Shown: positions 14,401-26,884, counted from the stretch's first letter. The stretch: DNA of 64,000 nt from Leptogorgia sarmentosa (GCA_964658305.1 OZ210884.1:7316001-7380000), one strand, 5' to 3'. Program-made: numbers and translations. The notes: generated by a model from the sequence alone, not told the origin.

Positions 14401-15787
14401 TATCTCCTGTCATCCTGGGGGTTCAACTCCTCATGTCATAAATGAAATACATGAAGAGGAGAGTAAAATAACTACCAATGAAAAATGTTCAAACGACTTG
14501 GGTCCACGAATTTTTGCCAACAATCTCGAAGTGGATGAACATGGAACATCAGTCATATGGACCAGGTATTTTAAACATGGTTTGGTCGCCCAACACACAT
14601 ATGTATATATTAAGGAGCTTTTGGCCACACAAGACTGTTCCTAGTGCTGTAGTGGCCTGGGGCCAGTTGTTCGTAGCCCGTTTAGCCTAAACGGTGGATA
14701 AGTCTAAAATATCAAGCAAGTCTATGTGTTCACTGAATAATCATAATAATAATTTTCAATCTGAAAGGAACGCTTGTGTAAATAACCACATATTTAGGGT
14801 TTGAAATTCATGTTCAGTTATTCACAAGATGAATGGGAGTTTAATCAAAATTTGAATTATCCGCCGTTTAAGCTAAACAGGCCACGAACAACCGGCCCCT
14901 GGGCCCTGGGGCCGACAAAAAAGCAAAACGTGCACTTTTACTACGCATTCACCTCACCACGCGTCATTTATATTCACTATGATTTCGTTTCATTTCACTC
15001 ATGCATAGTGACATAACAACAGCAGTCTGATCAAAATAATATCACGCATTATGACGTCATGCTGACGAATACAAGTTGTGAAAATCTGACAAGTCAATGC
15101 AATGCCGCGTTTAACGATCTCGAGAAGTTTAATATCAGCGAAAAATTGCCGGCTGGAGATTGAAAACAAGATCATAACTTTTAAATATGGTTTATTTGTA
15201 ATCATTTGTTGCAGAGAAGATGACAAGACAATTTTACAACTATGTCAAACTCGAGGTCTGTCTGAGAATATTTACCAAGATATTGCGCAAGAACTTGGCA
15301 ATAAAACTGCACTTCAGGTAAATATTCATCATTTCTGCTTTAGTTTACAATTAAATGTTCTCACGCTATGCGGCCAAGCCTTAATTCCGGCATTTTTGGA
15401 AAATTTTGTGTTATATATTGAAACGTAATAACTAAATTTATCGTATTTCTGCGAATACGTGACTGTCGCTTTCAGCACAAAATTTTGAGATTTCGCCAAG
15501 GAAATACGCGATGGAAAAATGCATGTTTTTAGCGAGTATTTGCATGAAAAAATTTACCAATGTAATTCAATTTTTTAAACATGAAGGTACTACCGTAGGT
15601 GTTACCTCTTACATTTCGAAAAGAAAACTATCGTTATTGTATAATAACTCGTTTACTTGTTTAGGTAAGAGGTCGGTTTCGTGTGTTGATTAGTTTATTG
15701 CCTCATGGTAATGATGAAGACAGCAGCAGTGATCAATCAGAAAGCGAGGGTGATGAAGAAAGCTGTGATGAAACTGAGGAGAAGTAA
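2479..15787 (+). CDS. GON4L: GON-4-like protein (multi-exon transcriptional coregulator with PAH and Myb/SANT-like domains)
   Basis: Exons include 2479-2742, 2925-3032, 3126-3203, 3880-3957, 6026-6110, ~6269-6390, ~6743-6850, ~8412-8615, ~8982-9412, ~13758-14565, ~15215-15317 and 15665-15787 (stop); the list is not complete. Diagnostic motifs: EPKLTRSRV; IATRTRSRLPLTDTSLETIE.QFIQPDLTPDLYD; DDPEDSEYNF..EEYRTDRAVKVS; EDNLLVLGL..W..IRKHYLPVKT.NQIKIRRKN; WTREDDKTILQLCQ. Confidence 0.9.
9668..9760 (+). repeat. Dispersed repeat fragment; an inverted copy lies at ~63655-63745
   Basis: ttaatgcgg..tgatcaactacgcatgc..gtcatcaggtcgtcatccaatcagatgca is the reverse complement of tgcatctgattggatgatgacctgatgacg..gcatgcgtaggtgatca..ccgcattaa. 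Confidence 0.75.
11304..11373. repeat. 11-bp minisatellite (ttagaggtact/ttagaggtatt), about 6 copies
   Basis: Visible directly in a GON4L intron. Confidence 0.9.
14660..14898. mobile_element. MITE, PIF/Harbinger-like, non-autonomous
   Basis: TIRs gggccagttgttcgtagcccgtttagcctaaacggtggataa and ttatccgccgtttaagctaaacaggccacgaacaaccggccc; 3-bp TSD CTG at 14657-14659 and 14899-14901. Confidence 0.8.
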
Positions 15788-16448
15788 AAGTCCAGACTAC
15801 CAGGCGAACGTTTACAATAAACGTCCTACAAACTAAAGTTGTTAAATCAAGACAAATATATTGTATTTTTGTTTCTTTTTCTACACATCTATGTTATCTC
15901 GTATTCGTGTTTTAGCCAATCAGCGCTCAGAAAGGGTTGTCCGAATAGAAATCCATTTTTCCATATTAAATAGTCAACTAAGACCAAGGTTTTTCAGTAC
16001 GGGAAAACGAAATGAATGCAAAAAACAGAGGTCTGATATTTCACAGTACAGACCGAACAAGCGAGGTCAATAATCCGTTTATTATATGGCTGAATTGAGT
16101 CTGTGAGCATAATTATGCTTTTCGCGCGAATCAAATCGGCTATCGTCAGTTTCACTGGGTAACAGTATACGGTTGACATATGTACATGCTCATTCAAACA
16201 CAATTTGGTTGTTTGAAATTTTTATCCATAAATTTTAAATTATAAAATTAAAATGAAAAGCAAAAATCTTTTCTGTTTACAAAGCGAAACATACTGCCAG
16301 ATAAACGACATCCGGGACTCCGGCGGCCCAGATACGGAATATACGGACCACGATCCGGATATGGATTTTTACCGACCGCTTCTCAACCAATCAAAATAGA
16401 GATTTTTTAAAAGCCAATGATTAAGTTAAATAAACGGTAGCAAACGAA

Positions 16449-16540
16449 GTTATTTTGATATTCTCCTTATTGCTATTGCTATTGTTATTTTGATATTCTC
16501 CTTATTGCTATTGTTATTTTGATATTCTCCTTATTGCTAT
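16449..16540. repeat. ~29-35 bp tandem repeat, 3 copies
   Basis: gttattttgatattctccttattgcta occurs three times. Confidence 0.85.
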
Positions 16541-16778
16541 AAATAATTAGTTTCAAAACAACTCCAAATGTGAGCTCGCTGTATGAAAGGAAAACTGGAT
16601 TTTGACTTTTCAGACAGACATTTTGCTTTGCCCTCTGACCTATAGGCGTCCGTCTATACAATCAATGTTGCGTTTCAGTTATCGCGTTGTTTCTACGTTT
16701 ATATACGATAATTTTAAAGGCATGACAGTTTGTGTCTGCTCGTGCGAAACACCTGCTACACTACATTACATTTATAAG

Positions 16779-17705
16779 TCATTGAAACATGTTTTTTACC
16801 ACTTTTTTGGCTTCGTTTCTCAAAGCGGTATTCTTCCAAAAAAATGTAGCCGAATTTACGGAGGAGATTGAGAGCAGTAATGACACTGACCACCAGATAT
16901 ATGCGTTGGAAGTCATTCTTCCGAATTTTTCAAAAATTGGATGCAGCATGAAAGGAATTAGCAGTAAAACAAAAATAGCCACGACAATGAAGCAAGCTAG
17001 ACGAGCATGCTTTCTTTCACGGGATAAATGTTTTCGGTTTCCTTCGCCTGCTTCGGCATCTGTATGGACTCGGGTTATCTTTCGGATCACGAGATATATT
17101 CTAGTGTAAGCGAAGACGACGAAAATTAAAAATGTTGCAAGTATCAACATTGAAATGTACTTGATTATTCCACTTTCAATAAAATTTGAAGCAACAATTA
17201 TTGACAACAGCACCAAAGTTGCCCCAACGACATAAATGACAATTCCTGTCTTTGTTAGATGTGTACGATGGAAACTGGGATGAAGCACACCGAGATATCT
17301 CTCCATAGTCAATGCTGATAATGTTACTATCGATAAACCAGTGAATAAAAATGAGGTTGATCTTGCTAAGAGAATTGAAATACAAACGTCAACGTGAATA
17401 AATGGTTCAAGCAAGAAGAGGCTTACTGTCGGTACGAGGATGCATCCAACTCCTAAATCAACGACTGACTGGATAAGAATAAGGAAGTGGCAGAGCTTCT
17501 TTTTTAACTTGGGAGTTTTTTGGATGGTTATGATGGCAACTGCATTCAGAAGGATCGTTGACAGCATTAGGAAACCGAGGAAAGCAATATTACATTTTCG
17601 GTTGATTTCATATTCTTTAGACGAAAATCCTGTGACATGGGTTTTTTTCTTATCAAAAAGGTAGCACGTTGTCAAAAGAGTTCCTACTTTATCACTTTGA
17701 TTCAT
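16779..17705 (-). CDS. Intronless class A (rhodopsin-like) GPCR, ~308 aa, orphan or chemoreceptor-like
   Basis: Seven hydrophobic segments: TM1 LLN, TM2 QSVVDLGVG, TM3 LSALTMERYLGVLHP, TM7 SSVNSATFFWKN. The first in-frame ATG (MNQSDK) is at 17705; the ORF track extends to a GTG at 17774. Confidence 0.9.
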   Translation of the reverse strand: MNQSDKVGTLLTTCYLFDKKKTHVTGFSSKEYEINRKCNIAFLGFLMLSTILLNAVAIITIQKTPKLKKKLCHFLILIQSVVDLGVGCILVPTVSLFLLEPFIHVDVCISILLARSTSFLFTGLSIVTLSALTMERYLGVLHPSFHRTHLTKTGIVIYVVGATLVLLSIIVASNFIESGIIKYISMLILATFLIFVVFAYTRIYLVIRKITRVHTDAEAGEGNRKHLSRERKHARLACFIVVAIFVLLLIPFMLHPIFEKFGRMTSNAYIWWSVSLLLSISSVNSATFFWKNTALRNEAKKVVKNMFQ

Positions 17706-20700
17706 TGTGGATAAATCGTTCGGTAAAACGTTCCCTCCAAAGTCTTTGTAACTGTATAAAATACTCTCTCCCACAACCCGCTTTTTGTCCTTAATTTAAT
17801 TCCACTTTTGAAGCCAATTGAAGAATTTTTCCATATATATATGACATTATCTGCATTATTTTTTAATTAAAATATTCCTGACAATTAAACGTTCTATTGT
17901 ATTTTCACCGGCGGGAACTGGAGAAGAGGGTTGACTATGGGGCAATTGTTACTGCCTGGACCAGACCAAGCAGGAGTGTTCTGTCCCGCATGCGAGTTTC
18001 TCGCGTTTTAAACGTTTCTCAAACCATCATTGGCTATTCCCACTTGGACAGGGGGGAGCGAAAGACAGTGGCGTTTGCGCGTTGTTGTTGTTTTTGTATT
18101 TTTGTCCACTCACTAGTTTTCTCACCTACTTGCGATTCATAGAACCTAAATAAAGAACCATAAAACCCAATGATTCGCCTCTGGTTACACGGCTGATGAA
18201 GGGGCCCTTGTACGCCTCGAAGGATCAGAACAAGTAGCCATTGCTCTTTTCTGCATAGCTGCCCAAAATTGACTCATTTTTAATGACTTTTACTTTATCA
18301 CGAGTTATATAATTAAACTTTACTGAAACAATTAGTTACTTCAGCCTTGGTGATTATCTCGGTATATTTACCACCGAGTCAGTGACTAATTGTTATAACT
18401 CTTCCCAGAAGAATTTCAACATGTTTATGATTTCCAGCCGATACTAAAACACATTCACCCTGCGCAAAATTCTCCACATTGAATGAAGTAAAAAGTCTTT
18501 GTGAGCAAACATTACAAGACGACAGTGTAGAATTCTCCAATTTCCAGATCTACGACGCAGGAACGTTTTCGGGATTTTTTTCTTGGGGGGGGGGGGATCT
18601 GAACATTGGGCGGGGAGCCACGCTAACCGTGATTCCTACGTCCCTGTCTACATGTGCCAATGAACTCATTGATCATTTATCTATTTATGGGACGCTTATT
18701 TTCTGCAGAGCGCAGAATTAACGCAAAATTCTGTCTGTAATGTAGACTAAATACTCCTAGACTAAATGCACAAGTACATACAAACATACAACATAAAATA
18801 GTATAGATGTAAATATAAAGCCGAAGTGACACGTGTGAGAAAAGTAAAGAGCACAGATACAGACACGTAAACACGTATTTATTTCAGCTACAACTGTACA
18901 ATCTTTCGGGAGTTCATTGATACACCTGCATGGTCACTAGCTGCCTTTCTCAAGCTTCTTGATCAATATTATACAATAAAAACAAAGTTATTAGTGCAGT
19001 TATTAAACGAAGTCCTCATTTTGTATTTTGCCGCCAAAAAGAGAGATGTTTTAAAAACTCTTTAAAAAAACGTCGAAACATCTGCGAGAACAATATCGGC
19101 TCTCACACCTTATTACTTATTAAAACCTTGCAGGATCATTAATTCTATTTTTGCTCCGGTTAGTTTAGAAATGAGGACAATTAACGCAGGAGCAAAGTTG
19201 AAAACGCCGCCAGATAGCAATTTAATCGACCCACTCACTGCTCGTTATATTCTTTCGGTATATATTTGGGAAACATAAGTGTGAAAATAATGGGGGAGGG
19301 GGGGGGAATCAGTTTAATCTTGGTTAAATAAGCCAATCTTTTGATTTGAAGAACATTTGTCATCCGTGTGTCTAATGTATGCTTAAATTTAGTGTAAAAT
19401 ACGACCTGTTGTTTGCATAAAATGTCTTGAAATTTGAAATATATTTAATTAATAATTAAAAGAAACTTAATTTTTATATCCACAATTTGTCTTGAAAAAA
19501 AGAACACATTTGCGTGCGCGATTCTTCATTCATATGCATGCTTTTACCGGCGTAAAATTACGTAATATTTTGAAGTAATATGAAATTAAAACACACTGAA
19601 CTTATATACACCTATTCAGTATTAAATGGTAAGCATTTGTTTTGGTGAATGGTGCAATCTGATTGGCTGCTGGCCGCGGGGCAGCATGTAATCGAGAGCG
19701 AGTTTTATTACCTGAGGTTGAAAATGAAGGATTCGAAACTTTTCGTTGTCAGTCTAATGAAGTAAAGTATAATTAGTTGCTTTATTCGTGTATGTAGCTA
19801 TGTCGTTTGACCTCATTTCGAAAGACACATGTATGCCATATAATAAAAAAAATTACTGACTTCGACAAAACCTGCTGTATTAAACCTCGGTCCGATATTT
19901 TCCGGTACAGCCCTCGCTCTCAGTCAGTCAGTAAGTTGCTATTACTCGCGACTTAAATACTGAACAAGTTGAATGCGGCTAGGCCGGCCTCGCTGGGCTA
20001 TGACGGCGCTCCCCACCGTAGCTATCCCCACCATGGGGATATGCGATACTGGTGTTCATATTTCTTGTATGGCGATGTAAATGTGTCGGACACATCTTTT
20101 GAGTTGATAGAGGGGATACAAATAGCTAAATGCTAAAAGTGCATATGCATAATATGTGTTACTTAATAACCAAACATTGTAAATTGTTCTCGATTTATTT
20201 TATTTATCTGACACCCGCTGTCTAGCAGTCGAAAGTGTTCAAAAATTATTGAAATTTACTGGAATGTTTAAAGAGACGGTCTAAAAATTTCACTATTTAA
20301 CTACAAGACGAGAGATAATTCTGCGCTCTGGAAAGCGCTGCTGAATCACACTGTAAAATTCAACTACATTTCCCGCCTATATTTTCTTTACTACAGCATT
20401 TTGTTAATTGTTGCAGTAAGCTATAATATACAAGAACTGTCGACATTATGTCATTCTCAGCAAGCGAACTATATACACATGACTTATTTTTTATTGTATA
20501 GACTTTCTGGTTCATAAATGATAAAATGTACTTGAACTATAGTACCTAATACTAAGTTGAAATTATTATGGCCTAAGAAATGACTGAAGTGCACTTTCAA
20601 GTCGCCCCAAAGCTTTGTGTTGAGTGTTGACTTTTTCAATTGACTTGTTGAACGCCAAAATCTTCACTACATAGTTTCAAAGTAATTTAAATATGGATAA

Positions 20701-20738
20701 ACTTGCTAGCTATCAATTAGCAGAATCCTTGGAAAATT

Positions 20739-21661
20739 TCAGTGATTCACGACATTTTTGACGAGTTTTATAGCTTCTTTTCTTAATGTTTTATTTTTCC
20801 AAAAAAATATTACTGAATTAAATTGATGCTAGAATTTAGGATTAGTAGAGAAACAGCCCAATGAAAATATGCATTCCACATCATGTTTTCAAAGTGGACA
20901 AAAATTGGGGACAAAATGTAAGGAAGAAACAGACTTGAAAACACAACGACAACAATGAAGCAAGACAAAATTTGTTGTGTTTTTCCAACAATACGTCTTC
21001 CACGGCTTTTTCGGGTTATCTTGCGTAACAGGAAGTATATTCGCACGTACGCAAAAGTGCTGAAAATTAAAAATATCGCGAGTATTCCTGTTGCAGCGAT
21101 TCTGGTGACATCATTTCCAATGAAGATTGATGCAACAACTATTGCCATCAGCATCAAAGCTCCTCCAATGGTATATGTCGCAATGCCTTTCTTTGTGAGA
21201 CGCGTGCGATGAAAAACCGGATGGAACGCACTAAGATATCTTTCCATAGTCAATGCAGATAAGGTTGTTGTTGATAAGCCACTCAACAAGAACAATGTTG
21301 ATTTAGTGAAGAAGAAGAGATTGCAAGGATCAACGTTTATTAATGGAGCGAGCAAATACATGATCATCATCGGTATAGCGAAGCAGCCAACTGCCAAATC
21401 TACGGACGATTGAACAAGGATAAGAAAGTAGCAAAGTTTATTTCTCAGCTTTTGGGTTTTCTGGATAGTGATTATTGCAATTGCATTCAGGAATATCGTT
21501 GGAAACATCAGTACAGCAAGAAACACCGTATTGACAACTCGGTTACTTTCATATGCATTCGATTCAAAACTAGTAACATGATGCATAGTTTTGCTTGCAT
21601 CGTGGCATGTGACAAGATTTTCATTCACAATACTTTGATCCATCACCATGATAGCAATCAC
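20739..21661 (-). pseudogene. Intronless class A GPCR paralogue with a frameshift in TM7
   Basis: Colinear with the 16779 GPCR (QSSVDLAVG, LSALTMERY..HP.FHRT.LTK). The ORF stops at 20810 (SSINLIQ*), while the homologous tail NSVIFFWKNKTLRKEAIKLVKNVVNH* lies in another frame and ends at 20739. Confidence 0.8.
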
Positions 21662-22397
21662 CTCTATAAGACACTTTACTGAATTTTTCTGTACTTTGAG
21701 CTAGATGTAACTTTGGAATAAACTTCTTTTGTACTTTGCTGTCGTTTTATACAGCTGGCTAAACGTTTTTGGTTTTGATTGAAATACATTTAATTATAAC
21801 ATGGATGCATGTTCACACTTTCTATTCATAGTTCTATTTTTGCACTCAGTTGGAAAATGAGGACAATTAATGCAGATACGCGATTAAAGAAGAATACGCC
21901 TACAGCAATTCAATTTTAATTAGATTTTGCTTCAAATCTTTTATCTAATTTTATGATAATCTCAAGTCAATGTTCCTGCATCTTAAATTCCACTTTCCAA
22001 CTGATGTAGGTGTATCATCCCTAACCTTGGCATTAATTTGAATGTCAGTAGCACTGAACTGAATTCAAATGCAATTGATCAAAAAGACAAAATGGTGCAA
22101 TTTACACTTGGGAATTGTCAAGTTCCATGCAGCAATAGGTTTGTGGCTATATAAATTTGAATATGAAAGGTATCAGATATTTTTAACGAAAAACCCAGAC
22201 ACTAAACTATAATAATTATCTTATTGTTTTTTAACGAACGTTAACGCCCGTCATGTCACACCTGTGAATTTAATGAACTGAATTTCTAATTTTTAAAATG
22301 TTTTAACTTTCTCCGAATATTTTTAAACTCGAAGTCAACCTAAACAATTACAAAAAAAGAAGAAAGGTTCCCATGTGCATCACACTGCAAAAAATCC

Positions 22398-22990
22398 CTG
22401 AGTATTTTGACTCAAATTTCTGAGTAAAACGATGCACCCACAGTGACCCAAATTGTTGAGTAAAATTTACTCAAAATAAGAGTAGTTTTACTCAAAATGT
22501 TGAGTAAAATTGACTCAAGTAAGATGCACCCACAGTGACTCAACATCTTGAGTAAAACTACAATTTACTCAAATTTAAGAGTAATTTTACTCAAAATGTT
22601 GAGTGAGATTGACTCACGCAAAATGCACCCACAGTGACTCAACATCCTGAGTAAAACTACAATTTACTCAAACTTAAGAGTAAATTTACTCAAAATGTTG
22701 AGTGAGATTGACTCACGCAAAATGCACCCACAGTGACTCAACATCCTGAGTAAAACTACAATTTACTCAAACTTAAGAGTAAATTTACTCAAAATGTTGA
22801 GTGAGATTGACTCACGCAAAATGCACCCACAGTGACTCAACATCCTGAGTAAAATGAAAATTGACTCAAATTTATGAGTAATTCTGACTCATAATGTTGA
22901 GTAAAATTGACTCACTCAAAATGTACCCACAGTGACTCAACATCCTGAGTAAAATGAAAATTGACTCAAATTTATGAGTAATTCTGACTC
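22398..22990. repeat. Left subterminal array, ~99-bp unit, 6 copies
   Basis: atg(c/t)acccacagtgac at 22432, 22524, 22623, 22722, 22821 and 22921. Confidence 0.95.
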
Positions 22991-23001
22991 CTCAAAATCC
23001 T

Positions 23002-23312
23002 TTAATCCAAATCGTTAACAAAATTTACAATTGCTGCAGGAAGTTTTTTCCCATCCTGTATAATATTTAAAACGCATTTTTGCAAATATAAATAAAAGTT
23101 GTTCAATATTTGAGGATACTCAAACATAAATACGTAATACGTTTCCAGCAGTGCTAAAGTTGCTTTGACGATTCCACACCTTCCACCGAGAACAACACTG
23201 TGCGTTCTGCCCCAATGACAACTCGTTCGGGTGTTCGGCAGTAACCTTTGATAACAATTCTATGGTAATCTTTCCGATAACCCTCGACGGTTTCCTCAAC
23301 CGTGGATTCCTC
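23002..23312 (-). pseudogene. Frameshifted terminal exon resembling the C-terminus of SAMD3-like transposon-associated proteins
   Basis: After a ttttag acceptor, three frames read EESTVEETVEGYRKDYHRIVIKG / GIVKATLALLETYYVFMFEYPQ / LNNFYLYLQKCVLNIIQDGKKLPAAIVNFVNDLD*. The YYVF..EYP ... YLQ..VL.I pattern was recognised from memory, not by search. Confidence 0.55.
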
Positions 23313-23559
23313 CTAAAATGCAAAATACGATTGAGTGATGTAGATTTATCACGAATGCGGAGTTGTTTGCAACAAATCACATGCATATGTGATATGACAA
23401 CATTTAAGTAAAATTTCCTATACTAAGATATTTATTTCAGGACTGTCTGTTTACTTTGCATGTACTGTTATTACAGAATGTTAAGTTAATCCCTGAATTG
23501 CATGGTCAAGTACAATAAAATTATTAAGCACATGCATATTATACCAGTGCATGTAGCCT

Positions 23560-23886
23560 ATATCAGTTTTCTTCTTTTCTTTATTGATAAGACATGCCTT
23601 ATCAAAGTCAATAAGTATTGGACAACACAAACGCGAGCAAATTACAAGTAATATGTTGTCGCACTTTATGTCATTATGAAGAATTTCTTTCTGATGCAGA
23701 TAATTTATTATTTATAGCATCAGCTAGTTGAGAGATTACTAACAACCACTGCTCATGGTGTTTAGTGACATCAAACTCCTTTGATTATACCGCTAGCTTA
23801 TACGGTATTTCGGGTGGCACACAGTCACAATTGCGGATTCCGTTGTCACAAATAAACAAAGCAGAAGGTATTTCAAAAACACAAAC
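23560..23886 (-). pseudogene. Decayed Ser/Thr protein kinase catalytic-domain fragment
   Basis: QWLLVISQLADAI / YLHQKEILHNDIKCDNILLVICSRLCCPILIDFDKACLI. The catalytic loop HxDIKxxN starts with HNDIK at 23678-23664, and the DFG-equivalent DFDKAC is at 23609-23592. Frameshifts and a stop lie upstream. Confidence 0.85.
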
Positions 23887-23994
23887 CTATAACTAGGCTT
23901 TAAACATTAATACTCGGCACTGTTAATCGGCTGATGTAGACAAATGTGCTTCGCCTTAAGTAGCGCATTAATACATTATTCCACAATAACTTAC

Positions 23995-24058
23995 CAAGGA
24001 ATCTGTCACGATATTCTTCAAAACCATTTTTCTTCAAACATTCCTGAACTTGCTCCAT
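23995..24058 (-). pseudogene. First exon resembling the start of a SAM domain
   Basis: ATG..MEQVQECLKKNGFEEYRDRFL followed by a perfect gtaagt donor; fits the SAM pattern V..WL...GL..Y...F. Confidence 0.55.
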
Positions 24059-24281
24059 AATAGCGAGATTTAAAAAAGCTTAACTTTCGGTAGTATAAGC
24101 GGGTCTTCGACCACAAGAAACTTTGCTCTGAACACGAAGCAGGATACACGTGTAGGATTCCAGGTGCCGAATAGACAATTATGTGACTCAACGGTATCCC
24201 TTTGGGACTCACTGATTGGTTCATGTTGGCAGTTATGCAAATTTTTACGTATATGCAACGATGACAATCTTCATATCATAA

Positions 24282-24877
24282 GTAGCTGTGAGTAAAGTTA
24301 CTCATGTCATGGTAGTTGCGAGTAAAGTTACTCATGTCATGAGTAGCTGTGAGTAAAGTTACTCATGTCATGGTAGTTGCGAGTAAAGTTACTCATGTCA
24401 TGCGTAGCTGTGAGTAAAGTTACTCATGTCATGGTAATTGCGAGTAAAGTTACTCATGTCATGCGTAGCTGTGAGTAAAGTTACTCATGTCATGAGTAGC
24501 TGTGAGTAAAGTTTCTCATGTCATGGTAGTTGCGAGTAGAGTTACTCATGTCATGCGTAGCTGTGAGTAAAGTTACTCATGTCATGCGCAGCTGTGAGTA
24601 AAGTTACTCATGTCATGGTAGCTGTGAGTGAACTTACTCATGTCATGAGTAGCTGTGAGTAAAGTTACTCATGTCATGCGTAGCTGTGAGTAAAGTTACT
24701 CATGTCATGCGTAGCTGTGAGTAAAGTTACTCATGTCATGGTAGTTGTGAGTAAAGTTACTCATGTCATGCGTAGCTGTGAGTAAAGTTACTCATGTCAT
24801 GGTAGCTGTGAGTAAAGTTACTCATGTCATGAGTAGCTGTGAGTAAAGTTACTCATGTCGTGGATATCTGTGAGTAA
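24282..24877. repeat. Right subterminal array, 30-32 bp unit, about 19 copies
   Basis: gtagctgtgagtaaagttactcatgtcatg(c/a) repeated; contains the palindrome tgagtaaagttactca. Confidence 0.97.
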
Positions 24878-25294
24878 CTTGTTTTGACATTTTGTTGACT
24901 TTACTCAACTTTTGAGTTATATAGTTCAAATTACTCAAATTTTTGAGTATTGTTTTTGCGGTTGAGTAAATATTCATCCTTTTGAGTCAATTTACTCATG
25001 TTGTTGGTTAAAGTGACTCAAGATGAATTTTTACTCAATATAGTGAGTATTGTATTACTCGCATGATTGAGTAAAATTACTCGCAAATAGTGCTTACTCT
25101 CAGATGTGAGTATTTTTACTCAGCTATTTGAGTAACAATTTCAATTCACCCAAAACGTGAGCATCCTGACTCAATTTTTGAGTCATTTTACTCATATCCA
25201 GAAATGGATTTTTTGCAGTGCACACTTCAAATCATTTCAGGCTGCTGCCATACAGCGTTGATACAGCTATTAATTATTTATATATAATTATAAT

Positions 25295-25650
25295 TCTGAA
25301 TACCATTCATGATCATCATTTGAGAGGTTCTTCAACAAGGTTTTATATTCCAAGACCAAAAACGGAATCCTTAAAAAAAGCTTCCAATATAGTGGGGCTA
25401 AACTATGGAATCAAATACCTGAAGAAATACGCAATTCGGTATCGTATAATGTCTGTAAAAAGCTATCTTCCTCGACCTTAATCTCGACAGTAGTAGTTAT
25501 TTTTTTGTCTAAATAGGTATAAAATTGTATTTGCTATCCATGTAATATTAGAGCTAGTTTATAAACAATAATTTGTAAGTCAACATCCCTTTTGGAAATC
25601 AGCTTTTGCTGAAAACTAATGTTTTAAATAAAGTTGATCTATCTATCAAG
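25295..25650 (+). mobile_element. 5'-truncated LINE (CR1/L2 group), 3' end of ORF2 plus UTR
   Basis: HDHHLRGSSTRFYIPRPKTESLKK / FQYSGAKLWNQIPEEIRNS with one frameshift, the typical C-terminal motif of these ORF2 proteins; ends in aataaag plus a (tcta)n tail. Confidence 0.75.
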
Positions 25651-26884
25651 TGTTTTGAATGATTGAATCACGGGACTTTTCGCACGAATGTCGGGTAATT
25701 CAGCAACTACAATTATGGACAAAGCTCATGGGGACTTCTTGCAGTGAATGAAGTTTTTCACCTTTCCTACGAAATATTTTTTATAAGGACGCTTTACACC
25801 CCCTTCCCTCCAAACGTCATTATGCATGTCCATCATTTCTACCTCATCAACATTGTTTGAGGGATGGGGGGAGAGGGAATATTTGACTGACTATTAACAT
25901 TCGGTATACCTTTTCCACGTGCGTGTCCCAACTATTTTGTCAAGGATTGTAGCTTGTACATGATTTATCTCAGTATTTGGTTGTAGCGAGATAAACCTAA
26001 TGGTAACACTGACACATGAGTATGGCTACGAGTATCGCTAACTCGAAATGTTCCTATATATAATTGACCGAAATTTCAAATCCACGCCTCTGCAACGAAC
26101 AGAGTAATTCTTGCGCAGGCTGGCTCTATCATCAAGGAAAGCTATATTACATCCTTGAATTTATCGATCAATGTAAATATTACTTTAGATCGCGTGCTCG
26201 CAATATTGCTTGACGAAAAACTAAAAGACAATACTTCAATCATTGACATTATTAATTGAAACTACGACAGGGAAAACCAATTTCTACATGCGTGAAGACA
26301 TGAACACAAAAATATAACCATTGACACCTTCCTTCTTCCCCTTCTCCCCCTACACAATGTTGATATCACTTCTAGTAGATAGGTGCTCGTGTGCAATCGT
26401 TATATACGTTACGACAACATTGTTTTGGGGTGCGGGGCCGTCACCTGGGATGCATAGATGCCCTGTAGAATCCAAGGTATTCTTGAACATTGAACAATCA
26501 ATTCAATTACGATAATCTTATGCAGGTGATCTGATAACCCTAGATTGGTATCATGTGTTTGGAAATGTATTCGCATAGTTCAAGGTAGTTTCAAGAATTC
26601 AATTTTAAATGTTAATGGAGGTATACAGCTGATGAAAGGCCTTTGCTCGAAACCGTATTGTATCGTTTGCGCTGTGTAAAAATTCCCAACTCTCTTGTGT
26701 ACACAGCAGAAAATTATGATTAGTTCAAGGTTTACAACAACATGTACAGGAAGCAGCAATCTTGTGCTGCGCACTTTGATACTAGTTGTCAACAATATTG
26801 TTCAACGGTTGAGCCTGAATCAGCCCGCAATCAGATGTAACAATGTTGAACAATATTCTTGACAACTATTAACATTGGGGGAAA

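Larger units (their letters stand above)
22383..25220. mobile_element. CACTA/EnSpm-type (CMC) DNA transposon, non-autonomous, with subterminal repeat arrays
   Basis: Perfect 15-bp TIRs cactgcaaaaaatcc and ggattttttgcagtg; 2-bp TSD CA at 22381-22382 and 25221-25222; both ends are dense in GAGTAAA..TTACTC palindromes. Confidence 0.85.

Noticed and set aside
24282..24877. CRISPR-sized 31-bp palindromic repeat
   Set aside because: There are no spacers; it is a contiguous subterminal array of the CACTA-type element.
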